DNA from: an uncultured Fidelibacterota bacterium
Lineage (GTDB): Bacteria; Fidelibacterota; Marinisomatia; Marinisomatales; TCS55
Reading direction: 5' to 3'
Assembly (NCBI GenBank): GCA_913049685.1
Contig: CAJWZD010000002.1
Location: 2,694-66,693, forward strand
Length of the DNA stretch: 64,000 nucleotides
Both the position numbers and the translations under genes were made by a program. Below, piece after piece: positions 29,172-39,368 of the stretch (positions within the stretch are counted from its first letter, which is position 1; every line of letters starts with the position of its first letter). Below the pieces are notes generated by a model. That model worked only from the letters and a program-made list of their open reading frames with translations, ran no database searches and had not been told where the DNA came from.

Positions 29172-30496
29172 AACAAATCATAGTAATATTTTTATCGCTA
29201 TCAGCTATTTATTCTCAATCTTTGTATGCTAATTTAACTATTTACAAAGATGGATACGCCTTAATAAAGCAGCCAGTTTTCTGGGAAGATGTAGATTCAG
29301 ATCAGAATGTAATTATTTGGGATGTTTTACCTAAAGGTGTCGTTTATAATTCACCATTCTTATCTTTAGAAAATGCAAACGTATTAATTCAAAGTTTTAA
29401 TAAAGATGTATTTCATTTTTCAGAGAGACTTTACGATTACCTAGGTACAAAGGTTGATATTAAATTAATCAATTCAAATGACATGAGTGGTACCTTAATT
29501 GAGGTAACAGATAAAATCCTAACAATACAGCGCAGAAGGTCGCTTATTTCATTCAACCGAGATAGAGTAGACTATATCAATGTGCCTTCAGCAGATAATG
29601 TTCAATTTAAACCAACACTAAAATGGACAATTCAGATCGACCAAGAAGCTGATACAATTGCTGGCGATCTAACTTACCTTGCATCTGGTTTTTCATGGAA
29701 TGCAAACTACAGATTTATTATTGATTCAGAAATTGATGAAGCACAGTTCATTGCTGAGGCAGCTATTAATAACGACTCAAATATTAATTTTGAAAATGCT
29801 GCATTAAGTTTGGTTGAAGGTAAGTTGAATATGAATGAAGGTGCAGGTAATTCCCCTAGATCAATAACTAATCAACCTGTTACTAACTCTCCCGAAACAT
29901 CAGAATTGGGAGATTACCATATTTTTAATATCGATACAGATATGAGCTTAATCCCCAAAGAAACAATTATTACCAGACTGTATCCATCTCGAAATGTTTC
30001 TTTTGTTAAAACATACATCTTTGAAAATGATGAAAAGAGTCAAAAAGATGAACCCCTGTCCGTTGAATACGATATTCCAAATACATCTGAAAACAACTTA
30101 GGAATTCCGCTGCCTAAAGGTGAAATTCAACTTTATCAGTTGCTAGAAAATGGCACTATTGAATTCATCGGTAAAGACGAGATTAGGCAAATCCCGCGAA
30201 ATGAAACGGCTAATATTTCTTCTGGTAAGGCATTCGATGTGCTTGGAACTCGCAAGATTCTTAATTACGACCGCCAACAAAAAAGCGAAGAAGCATCAAT
30301 AGCAATCCAAGTTAAGAATTCACAAATGGAATCTATAAGCGTTAGACTCACCGAGCATATCTATGGCGATTGGGTTATACGTAACGCATCTACAGACTAT
30401 AGAAAAGTTGATGCATCAACTATACATTTTATGATACCAGTACCTGGGGAAAGCTCGCGCACTGTAACTTACACTTATCGTAAGGAGTGGAAATAA
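29168..30496 (+). CDS. Exported DUF4139 domain protein
   Basis: Signal peptide; LTIY, YLASGFSWNANY, LGIPLPKG, GKAFDV. Confidence 0.75.
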   Translation: MKQIIVIFLSLSAIYSQSLYANLTIYKDGYALIKQPVFWEDVDSDQNVIIWDVLPKGVVYNSPFLSLENANVLIQSFNKDVFHFSERLYDYLGTKVDIKLINSNDMSGTLIEVTDKILTIQRRRSLISFNRDRVDYINVPSADNVQFKPTLKWTIQIDQEADTIAGDLTYLASGFSWNANYRFIIDSEIDEAQFIAEAAINNDSNINFENAALSLVEGKLNMNEGAGNSPRSITNQPVTNSPETSELGDYHIFNIDTDMSLIPKETIITRLYPSRNVSFVKTYIFENDEKSQKDEPLSVEYDIPNTSENNLGIPLPKGEIQLYQLLENGTIEFIGKDEIRQIPRNETANISSGKAFDVLGTRKILNYDRQQKSEEASIAIQVKNSQMESISVRLTEHIYGDWVIRNASTDYRKVDASTIHFMIPVPGESSRTVTYTYRKEWK

Positions 30497-30503
30497 ATTT
30501 CTT

Positions 30504-32594
30504 GTGCCTGAAAAGGCTTTAGATCTATCTAGCCCTACAAGCGCAGTCAATGGTATTGGGCCTGCAAAATATAATGCTCTTTCCGATGCTGGTATTCATA
30601 CAATAAATGATTTAATAAATCATTATCCCAGAAAGTATTTGGACCGCACAAACATCACTCAAATTTCAAAAATTAAAAATAAGACTCAAGTTAATTTGGT
30701 GGGAAAAGTCGAAGCATCAGGGATGGTTAGGGGTAGAAATCGACAATTTTTTAAGGCCTTGTTAACAGATAAAAGCGGAACGGTTGCCTTAACTTGGTTT
30801 AGAGGTGCACGCTATATGAAACAAGCTATAAAAGCTGGAGATTATTTAGCAGTAAGCGGTAAGGCAGAATTTTATAACGGAATGCAAATAGTACATCCTG
30901 AATATGATAGATTAAATAAAGAAGATGATCCTTTAAATTCAGGCATTATTACCCCACTTTATTCTATTACAGGAGAATTAAAAAAAAGTAGGGTTGATAG
31001 CCGATTTCTTAGAAAAATGTTTGGCAGTCTGTTTAAAAATATAAATCAGATTCCAGATTTTTTTGGTAAAGATTTTTGTAAAAATCATAATTTAATTTCA
31101 CTTGATGAGGCGCTCAGGCAAATTCATTTTCCAGATAACAAGAAAAAGCTCAAGAAATCAATTAATAGATTAAAGTATAATGAGCATTTCTTTTTTCAGC
31201 TTTCAATGATTGCAAAAAGATCTATTTTCAAAAACCTCCCATCCAAATCGTTAAAAAAAACAGGAATTCAAACAAAGCTAATTTTCAATAAAATAGATTT
31301 TGAGTTAACTAAGGCTCAAAAAAAAGTTCTCAAGGAAATAAAAGATGACATCTCTCAACCTTTCGCAATGAATAGACTTTTGCAGGGTGATGTTGGATCA
31401 GGAAAAACAATTATCGCGGTGCTAGCCTCTGCAATTGCAGTTTCAAATGATATGCAGGTTGCGGTGATGGCCCCAACAGAGATTTTAGCTAAACAGCATT
31501 ATAAGTCTTTTAAAAAATTAGCAAATCATGCAAAAATGTCATGCGCACTATTAATTGGCGGAATGCCGGCGCGTGAGAGGAACAAAATACGTAGGGGTCT
31601 TGAAAAAAATAAAATAAATATTATTGTGGGCACACATGCATTATTTCAAAAGGATATTAATTTTAGCTCATTAGGGTTTGTTGTGATTGATGAGCAGCAC
31701 CGCTTTGGAGTCAATCAAAGAAATGCGCTTTTACAAAAAGGTTTTAATCCCCACTTGCTTTCAATGACAGCTACACCTATACCTAGAACTCTAGCAATAA
31801 CATATCATGGAGATATGGATTTGTCGATAATTGATGAGCTACCAAAGAATAGAATACCGATTACAACAAAGAAGGTAAAAGAGAACCGCCTTGAAAAAAT
31901 TTACTCTTTTATGATAGAAGAGGTAAAAGCAGGCAGGCAATGCATTATAGTTTATCCTCTAATTGAGGAGACGGAAAAATCTGACTTAGCAGCAGCAGTT
32001 GACATGTACGACTCATTAAAAAAACATATATTTAAGGAAATTAATGTTGGTTTGATTCATGGACGTCTTGAAAAAGATTTAAAAGATAAGATAATGAGTG
32101 ATTTTTTAAAAAATAAAATCAATATTATAATTTCAACTACTGTCATCGAAGTTGGAATCGACGTTCCAAATGCAACAGTAATGTTAATTGAGCATGCTGA
32201 GCGTTTTGGTCTTACTCAATTACATCAACTACGCGGGAGAGTAGGAAGAGGAAGCGAAAAAAGCTATTGCATACTCGTCCAGAGAAACTTTTCAGAAAAT
32301 TCAAATAAACGTTTGAATATTATGGAATCAACAAGCGATGGATTTTTGATTTCCGATGAAGATTTGAAAATGAGAGGTCCTGGTGAGTTTTTTGGTATAA
32401 AGCAAAGTGGATTTTTCAACTTTAAAATAGCAAATATCGTTCTGGACGGTGATTTAATTATCAAAGCAAGAAACGCAGCAGAACAAATATTTGATAGTGA
32501 TTTAAATATGTTAAGTTTGAAAAATAAAATAATTTATGAGAATCTAATGGAGCAGTATGGAAAAAGATTGCAGGGTTTAACACCAGCTAAATAA
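30504..32594 (+). CDS. recG: ATP-dependent DNA helicase RecG
   Basis: QGDVGSGKT, DEQHRFG, MTATPIPRTL, QLHQLRGRVGRG, RGPGE. Confidence 0.97.
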   Translation: MPEKALDLSSPTSAVNGIGPAKYNALSDAGIHTINDLINHYPRKYLDRTNITQISKIKNKTQVNLVGKVEASGMVRGRNRQFFKALLTDKSGTVALTWFRGARYMKQAIKAGDYLAVSGKAEFYNGMQIVHPEYDRLNKEDDPLNSGIITPLYSITGELKKSRVDSRFLRKMFGSLFKNINQIPDFFGKDFCKNHNLISLDEALRQIHFPDNKKKLKKSINRLKYNEHFFFQLSMIAKRSIFKNLPSKSLKKTGIQTKLIFNKIDFELTKAQKKVLKEIKDDISQPFAMNRLLQGDVGSGKTIIAVLASAIAVSNDMQVAVMAPTEILAKQHYKSFKKLANHAKMSCALLIGGMPARERNKIRRGLEKNKINIIVGTHALFQKDINFSSLGFVVIDEQHRFGVNQRNALLQKGFNPHLLSMTATPIPRTLAITYHGDMDLSIIDELPKNRIPITTKKVKENRLEKIYSFMIEEVKAGRQCIIVYPLIEETEKSDLAAAVDMYDSLKKHIFKEINVGLIHGRLEKDLKDKIMSDFLKNKINIIISTTVIEVGIDVPNATVMLIEHAERFGLTQLHQLRGRVGRGSEKSYCILVQRNFSENSNKRLNIMESTSDGFLISDEDLKMRGPGEFFGIKQSGFFNFKIANIVLDGDLIIKARNAAEQIFDSDLNMLSLKNKIIYENLMEQYGKRLQGLTPAK

Positions 32595-32682
32595 TATAAA
32601 GTTCTCATCTTATTTCTTACATACGTATTTTAGCTCGTTATATTTTGAAACAATAATACACTTACATATTAAAAGGATAACT

Positions 32683-33069
32683 ATGTCTGAAGATCAACTA
32701 AAAAAAGAAGACCAACTTTTTATTCATTTGGTAAACACATTTGTTCAAAGCGCATGGATTTCACTTGGTAAAGTTAAAAACCCAGTTTCAGACGAGCTTG
32801 AGAGAAATGTAGAGCAAGCGTCGTACTATATAGACTTACTCGATATGCTTCAAACAAAAATGAAAGGCAACTTATCTGAATGGGAGGAGCAATATATCCT
32901 TCACAGTTTAAGCGAGCTTAAGCTGAATTACATTGACGAAAAGAAAAAAAAGACAGCAGCAGTTGATAGTGAAAAAAGTGAAGCTAGCGATAAGCCTAAC
33001 AAAAAAAAGGATGCAACTTCAAAAAGCAAACCTCCCTCAAAATCGGTGAAGAAGCCCAAGAAAAAATAA
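32683..33069 (+). CDS. DUF1844 domain protein with a Lys-rich tail
   Basis: SLGKVKNP, IDLLDMLQTKMKGNL, ELKLNY. Confidence 0.8.
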   Translation: MSEDQLKKEDQLFIHLVNTFVQSAWISLGKVKNPVSDELERNVEQASYYIDLLDMLQTKMKGNLSEWEEQYILHSLSELKLNYIDEKKKKTAAVDSEKSEASDKPNKKKDATSKSKPPSKSVKKPKKK

Positions 33070-33074
33070 GAACT

Positions 33075-35984
33075 ATGAATTCAAATAGTAGAAAATTGAA
33101 CCTATTTTTTGCACTCTTCTCTTTTTTAGTATCTTTTGTTGTCTATTTAATGACGATGGCAGATACAGTCCCTTACTGGGATTCTGGGGAATTTATTGCA
33201 ACGTCCTACATTCTTGGTGTTCCTCACCCTCCTGGTAGCCCATTATATCTTATAATTGGAAGAGTTTTTTCAATGCTACCTTTTAATCCAGATATAGCTT
33301 TTAGAGTAAACCTCATATCTCCTGTTGTGAGTGCGCTTGCAATAATGTTTTTATACCTATCTAGTGTTAAGCTAATAATGAGCTTCAGAGGAAAAATAAA
33401 ATCACAAATTGATTCAATTATAGTATTTGGTTCATCTTTAGTGGGATCGTTGACTTTTGCATTTACAGATTCACACTGGTTTAATGCAGTAGAGGCTGAA
33501 GTATATGGATTTTCAACATTTTTCACTGCTATTGTAGTTTGGCTGATTTTACATTGGTCTGAAAAGGCTGATGATAAAGGCAATGAACGCTATATTTTAA
33601 TTATCGCTTATATGATTGGACTAGCAACTGGAGTTCACTTATTAAATCTACTAGCTCTCCCGTTTTTAGCATTAATTATTTTTTTTAGGAAGTTCGATTT
33701 TTCGTACAAAGGTTTTGCAATTACGACTTTAGCAACCGGAGCAGTTTTCTATTTAATAAACTCTGGCATAATTAATGGAATGCCAAAAATTGTAGATAAA
33801 ATAGGATTACCAGCTTTAATGCTTATATATCTTATTATTTTTAGTTCTATGGTAGCAAGTATAGTGAAAAAAAAGTATTTATATGCGCTGGGACTTACAT
33901 CAACTGTTTTAATCCTTATAGGATACTCAAGCTATGCGATGATTTTCATCCGCTCTGATCAAAAACCTGCAATTAATGAAAATGATCCATCCACTGTTTC
34001 AAGAGCCATTGCCTACATGGAAAGAGAGCAATATGGTAGAATGTTTCAATTTCCAAGAAGATATACGGGGCTTCCCCCAAAGCATGAAGCAGTTGGCCGT
34101 CCTCAAAATGGTAGAGATTATACAAGCAGGCAAGAGAGATCGTACAAAACATATAGATTAGATAAACAGTGGAGTTACTTTTGGGATTATCAAGTTAAGA
34201 AGATGTACTGGAGATATTTTCTTTGGCAATTTGCTGGAAGAGGCCCAAGCACAGATTCTTACGTATCAGCGTATGGTGCTCGGCCAAACGAAGATGGTGT
34301 AGCCTGGTTTCAATTTGGCCTGCCTTTTGCGTTTCTTACAGGTCTCTGGGGAATGTTTTATCACTTTCAACAAGACAGAAAAAGAGCGTTTTCAATATTA
34401 AGCTTATTTTTAATGACCGGTCTAGCCATCATTATATTTGTTAATCAAGATAATCCCCAGCCACGAGAGAGAGATTATTCTTATGTAGGTAGTTTTTTTG
34501 CTTTTTCGATTTGGATAAGTATTGGCATTCAAGCACTTTTAGATTCATTAAAAAATTTTTTAGAGGAAAAGCCCTACCAGAAAAATGGACTGGTCTTATC
34601 ACTAGCTTTACTTACAATCTTAATGCCTGCAATGATGTTAAAGGCAAATTACCATGAGCACGATAGGTCCGATAATCGAATAGCCTGGGATTATAGCTAC
34701 AACATTCTTCAATCATGCGAGCCCAATGCGATCATATTTACAAATGGTGATAACGATACATTTCCGTTATGGTATTTACAGGAAGTTGAAGGGATCAGAA
34801 AAGATGTTACTGTAGCGAATCTAAGTTTACTAAATACAGAATGGTATATTCGACAGTTGCGCGATTCAAGACCGGGTGAATTCATCAAAATGGGTGACGA
34901 CCAAGTTCAAGATGTTGCCTCAGGTCTGAAAGAGTGGAAATCTCAAATCGTAAGGGTTCCTGCTCCAAAATCTCAAAAAAATACAAACGGATATATTGAA
35001 TGGAAAGTTAATCCAACATTTGCTGGTGCTGCCCTAATGGTTAAGGACCTTATGATTTTACAGATTATATTTTCCGCACAATGGAAGTATCCAATCTATT
35101 TTGCTGTAACAGTACCCCAGTCTAACCGTTTAAATCTTGAAGAGCATCTCGAGATGGAGGGTTTAGTATATCGCTTAAGACCTTATAAGGCGGCCGCAAA
35201 TAGCGCTATTAATGAAGAAAGGATGTGGACCAATTTGATGTCAGGTTTCGATTCAGAAATTTGGAACAAAGATATAGAGGCTAGAGAATGGAAACAGCTT
35301 GAAAATGAAATTTGGTTTAAGGATTACAAGCCAGGATATTTGTATCGCAATCTTGGTCGAGATGATATTTACTTTTTTCCGTCCACCAACATTCGACTCC
35401 TTCAAAATTTAAGAAGCGCATATATGCAATTAGCCGGTTACCATTATATGAAGTTCAGGGACAATGAATTAAGCAATCAGGATATTGCAAACTCTCATAA
35501 GGAAAAAGGACTTATGGTTTTAAATAGAATGCAGGATAATATTCCAGAGAAAACCATTCGATACGACTCTAAGGAGCTACACTATCAGCTTGCTAGACTT
35601 TACGGTGAACTTGGAAATGAGAGTGAACTTCAGAGAATTATGCAAATATTAATTGATCGAAAAGATTTGACAATTCAAGATAAGGTTGAATACGGACAGG
35701 TTTATTTAGCTCAACTTGACTCTCTTGAAAAAGGAAGAATTATTTTTGAAGAACTCTATAATGATTTCAAATCTGTTGAATCTGGCACAAGACCAACTTC
35801 TCAAAGAGAAGTTGAAGAGTGGAGAAATTATTTTGTTCAAATTGTCTCATCATTGATATTTGCATATAAAAACTTAGAAATGTACGATAGCGCACAAGCA
35901 GTTGTTAATGAATGGTTAAGTAAAAATCCTGATGACCCCGTTGCAAAAAAACTTTTAGATGATCTCAGAAAAAAAAAGAAATAA
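33075..35984 (+). CDS. DUF2723 / TMEM260-like GT-C integral membrane glycosyltransferase with TPR-like C-terminus
   Basis: WDSGEF, GVPHPPGSP, EAEVY, RERDY, FTNGDNDTFPLWY; many TM helices. Confidence 0.88.
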   Translation: MNSNSRKLNLFFALFSFLVSFVVYLMTMADTVPYWDSGEFIATSYILGVPHPPGSPLYLIIGRVFSMLPFNPDIAFRVNLISPVVSALAIMFLYLSSVKLIMSFRGKIKSQIDSIIVFGSSLVGSLTFAFTDSHWFNAVEAEVYGFSTFFTAIVVWLILHWSEKADDKGNERYILIIAYMIGLATGVHLLNLLALPFLALIIFFRKFDFSYKGFAITTLATGAVFYLINSGIINGMPKIVDKIGLPALMLIYLIIFSSMVASIVKKKYLYALGLTSTVLILIGYSSYAMIFIRSDQKPAINENDPSTVSRAIAYMEREQYGRMFQFPRRYTGLPPKHEAVGRPQNGRDYTSRQERSYKTYRLDKQWSYFWDYQVKKMYWRYFLWQFAGRGPSTDSYVSAYGARPNEDGVAWFQFGLPFAFLTGLWGMFYHFQQDRKRAFSILSLFLMTGLAIIIFVNQDNPQPRERDYSYVGSFFAFSIWISIGIQALLDSLKNFLEEKPYQKNGLVLSLALLTILMPAMMLKANYHEHDRSDNRIAWDYSYNILQSCEPNAIIFTNGDNDTFPLWYLQEVEGIRKDVTVANLSLLNTEWYIRQLRDSRPGEFIKMGDDQVQDVASGLKEWKSQIVRVPAPKSQKNTNGYIEWKVNPTFAGAALMVKDLMILQIIFSAQWKYPIYFAVTVPQSNRLNLEEHLEMEGLVYRLRPYKAAANSAINEERMWTNLMSGFDSEIWNKDIEAREWKQLENEIWFKDYKPGYLYRNLGRDDIYFFPSTNIRLLQNLRSAYMQLAGYHYMKFRDNELSNQDIANSHKEKGLMVLNRMQDNIPEKTIRYDSKELHYQLARLYGELGNESELQRIMQILIDRKDLTIQDKVEYGQVYLAQLDSLEKGRIIFEELYNDFKSVESGTRPTSQREVEEWRNYFVQIVSSLIFAYKNLEMYDSAQAVVNEWLSKNPDDPVAKKLLDDLRKKKK

Positions 35985-36005
35985 TCTTTCAAACAAGATT
36001 CGTTA

Positions 36006-37043
36006 ATGCCTATCTCTAAAGTATCCGTAATAATTCCTCATTGGAATGGTATTGATATTCTTGCGGATTGCTTAGAGTCTTTGAAAAAGAACACATACCC
36101 AAACATTGAAATAATTGTTGTTGATAATGCGTCTACTGATGGGAGCTCAGACTGGATATCGTCGCATTATCCAAACATAAAGCTTATCAAAAATAATAAA
36201 AATTATGGATATTCAGGTGGATGTAACATAGGGGCAGAAGCATCATCGGGTGAATATTTAACATTCCTAAATAACGATACGGTCCAAAATGAAGACTTCA
36301 TTGAACATCTTGCTGACTTTCTAAATCTAAATCCCCAAGTTTCAGCAGTTCAGCCAAAAATATTGAATTATTATGAACGAAACAAATTTGATTATGCAGG
36401 AGGCTGTGGGGGTTGGTTAGATATTTTGGGGTTTCCTTTTGCTAGAGGTAGACTTTTTTTAAATGTTGAATCAGACAACAGTCAATATGAGAAAATACGA
36501 CCTATTTTTTGGGCAAGTGGTACAGCATTAATGATTAGAAAAAGAGACTTTGATCTTCTTGGCGGTTTTGATGATGCATTTTTTGCACATCAAGAAGAAA
36601 TTGATTTGTGTTGGAAAATACATCTTGCTGGAAATCAGGTTTGGTCAATACCGAAAGCGGTAGTTTTCCATAGGAATGCGGTAACCCTGCCAATGTTTTC
36701 AAGGCTAAAACAGTACCTGAACCATCGAAATTCAATGCTAATGATTTTGTCAAATTTTAGCTTACCCATGACACTTTATTTAGCTCCAATCAGGGTAGCT
36801 CTTGAAATAGTTGCAATGTTTTATGCTCTATTTTGCTTAGATATCAATCATTTCATTGGAATTATTCAGTCTTTTGTATGGGTAATATTTCATCCTCATA
36901 TTATAATCAAAAGACGAATCAGAAATCGAAGAATTAGAAAAGTAAAAGATAGCAATGTCATTAAAAATATGTACTGGGGCAGTATTGTGTTTGATTATTA
37001 TATAAGAAGAATAAAAAAATCTTCTGAAATAATAACGGAATAG
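36006..37043 (+). CDS. Family 2 glycosyltransferase
   Basis: VSVIIP, VVDNASTDGS, FLNND, GGFD, EEIDLCW. Confidence 0.92.
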   Translation: MPISKVSVIIPHWNGIDILADCLESLKKNTYPNIEIIVVDNASTDGSSDWISSHYPNIKLIKNNKNYGYSGGCNIGAEASSGEYLTFLNNDTVQNEDFIEHLADFLNLNPQVSAVQPKILNYYERNKFDYAGGCGGWLDILGFPFARGRLFLNVESDNSQYEKIRPIFWASGTALMIRKRDFDLLGGFDDAFFAHQEEIDLCWKIHLAGNQVWSIPKAVVFHRNAVTLPMFSRLKQYLNHRNSMLMILSNFSLPMTLYLAPIRVALEIVAMFYALFCLDINHFIGIIQSFVWVIFHPHIIIKRRIRNRRIRKVKDSNVIKNMYWGSIVFDYYIRRIKKSSEIITE

Positions 37044-37865
37044 CTATTTAAGGCCTTTAAAGTAGACTTCTTTGTGGGCCTGATCCATATCGGCCAGCTG
37101 ATTTAGCATATTATTTTGCCCCATAATACTTAAAGCCCTAACTAGTTCATTCCTGTGAGCATCAAGAAAATATAAAGTCCTTCCTGTTGGGAATTGCCTG
37201 AAAACCGATTGTATTCCTTTAATCATTAGATCGAATTCTTCTAAAGCCTCATCGGGCTTTCCTTGATTAAAAAAATCCATTCCCACGTAAAAAGCAAAAC
37301 GCGCCTCTCTTAACCCTTTATTTTCTGTAACCTCTTTTAGGAGTTGCATACGCGTTGACCACCCCTTTGGATAATCGGAAGCGATTCCTCTTAATACAAT
37401 TTCTCTAGCTTGATCATAACCTAAATTTCCACCATAAAAATCATACGTATCCATATGGCCAGCTAAAATAATGTAAGCGTAAAATGCTAAAAAACTACCC
37501 AAGGGTTCAAATAAAACAGGATCGTAATAAATAGCACTACCAGCATTATAATAAAATTGAAGGGATTTATCAAAGTACCTTAAATCCATCCCATCTGAAA
37601 TAAGGACTTGAGCGTGAAACGTTTCCATGCCCCCCTTTTGCGCTACGCCTTGGAATGCTATTGAAATATGTAAAGGAATCTTTAGTTCTTGGAATTCTTC
37701 ATTCCAGGTATGTTTCGAAAAAAATCTAGATACCTCATTTGTGATTGTTGAGACCTTTTGCTTTTCGCTGTTTCTAAGCAATCTGTCATCTACTTTTACT
37801 TCTACTTTGCCAAATTGGCCTAAAAGGATCGAAGAACATATTATTAATGATAAAAATAATCTCAT
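37044..37865 (-). CDS. Exported DUF4835-like protein
   Basis: Signal peptide; LAFYAYIILAGHMDT and GW motifs. Confidence 0.65.
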   Translation of the reverse strand: MRLFLSLIICSSILLGQFGKVEVKVDDRLLRNSEKQKVSTITNEVSRFFSKHTWNEEFQELKIPLHISIAFQGVAQKGGMETFHAQVLISDGMDLRYFDKSLQFYYNAGSAIYYDPVLFEPLGSFLAFYAYIILAGHMDTYDFYGGNLGYDQAREIVLRGIASDYPKGWSTRMQLLKEVTENKGLREARFAFYVGMDFFNQGKPDEALEEFDLMIKGIQSVFRQFPTGRTLYFLDAHRNELVRALSIMGQNNMLNQLADMDQAHKEVYFKGLK

Positions 37866-37931
37866 ATGAGAAACTAATAGATAAAACCTATATCATGCCA
37901 TTCCTCAAGAATAATTGTATTAATTTCTACC

Positions 37932-39368
37932 ATGGACAATATAAAAGATTTAATTGAAAGCCAGCCCGACGTTCTTTCTATTTTGAGGAAAGTTGGAGAA
38001 ATTGCTGATACTTCAAATAAAAAAGTATATGGGGTTGGTGGCGTAGTAAGAGATTTGATCCTTGGCAAGAAAATTAAAGAAGTTGATTTAATGGTCATCG
38101 GTGATGGGATAGAATTTGCAAAAATAGTTGCTGACGAAATTGGAATTTCAAAAATTGTACCATTTCACAAATTCTCTACTGCACATATACCTAATAAACC
38201 AATAGCAATAGAGATTGCCGCCGCGCGACAGGAAACATATTCCTCTGAATCTCGAAAACCAAAAACCATAAAGTATACAGATTTAAAAGGTGATTTAATT
38301 CGGCGCGATTTCACAATCAATGCTATGGCTGTAAGCATAGCACCAGAAGACTTTGGCAAGCTCCATGATCCCTACAATGGACTAAGCGACCTCGAATCAA
38401 AAAGACTGATCACTCCATTGGACCCCGATAAAACGTATTCAGAAGATCCTCTTCGAATGATTCGAGCTGCTTATTTCGCATCAAAACTAGATTTTACAAT
38501 TGATGAAAAAAGTATTGAATCTATGAAGCTTCAAGCTGACAGGATTAAAATTGTATCGCAGGAGCGCATTACTAATGAGTTCACCAAAATTTTGTCAACA
38601 GATAAACCCTCAACTGGATTAATTATTCTGCAAGAAACAGGTTTAATGAAAATGATATTTCCTGAAATTGATGTTATGTATGGGATGGATCAATCCAAGG
38701 AGTGGCATCATAAGGATATTTTTTATCATACAATGGAAGTAGTCGATAATGCCGCTGCTCTATCAAAAAAGATGAAGTTAAGATTTGCTGCTCTTGTGCA
38801 TGATATAGCTAAACCTAACACAAGGATGATCGATCCAAGAAAAGGGTACACCTTTCATGGTCATGATGCAATTGGAGAGCGGATGTTAAATAAAGTTGCT
38901 GCTAGGATGAAGCTTTCAAATAACTTAAGAGAGTATTTGAAAAAACTTACCTTGCTACATCTGCGCCCAATAGCTTTAGCAAAAAAGGAAATAAGTGATT
39001 CAGCTGTACGAAGATTAATGGTGGCTGCAGGTGAAGATGTTACTGATCTTTTAACACTATGCCGAGCTGATATCACCACAAAAAACCCACATAAAATCAA
39101 AAAGTATCTATCTAATTTTGAAAGAGTTGAATCTAAAATGCTAGATGTGAGTGAGCGTGATAAAATGAAAGCATTTCAGTCTCCTGTAAGAGGGAAAGAA
39201 ATAATGAAAATTCTTAATTTGAGCCCTGGTAAGACTATAGGAAAAATAAAATCTAGAATTGAAGAGGCTATACTTGATGGAAAAATAGAAAATTCACACG
39301 AAGAAGCGATTGAATATTTGTCCAAAATAAAAAATCAATTCACTCAAAACCAAAGTAGATTAAAATGA
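37932..39368 (+). CDS. cca: tRNA nucleotidyltransferase (CCA-adding) with HD domain
   Basis: VGGVVRD, RRDFTINAMA, EDPLR, SQERI, HDIAKP. Confidence 0.9.
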   Translation: MDNIKDLIESQPDVLSILRKVGEIADTSNKKVYGVGGVVRDLILGKKIKEVDLMVIGDGIEFAKIVADEIGISKIVPFHKFSTAHIPNKPIAIEIAAARQETYSSESRKPKTIKYTDLKGDLIRRDFTINAMAVSIAPEDFGKLHDPYNGLSDLESKRLITPLDPDKTYSEDPLRMIRAAYFASKLDFTIDEKSIESMKLQADRIKIVSQERITNEFTKILSTDKPSTGLIILQETGLMKMIFPEIDVMYGMDQSKEWHHKDIFYHTMEVVDNAAALSKKMKLRFAALVHDIAKPNTRMIDPRKGYTFHGHDAIGERMLNKVAARMKLSNNLREYLKKLTLLHLRPIALAKKEISDSAVRRLMVAAGEDVTDLLTLCRADITTKNPHKIKKYLSNFERVESKMLDVSERDKMKAFQSPVRGKEIMKILNLSPGKTIGKIKSRIEEAILDGKIENSHEEAIEYLSKIKNQFTQNQSRLK

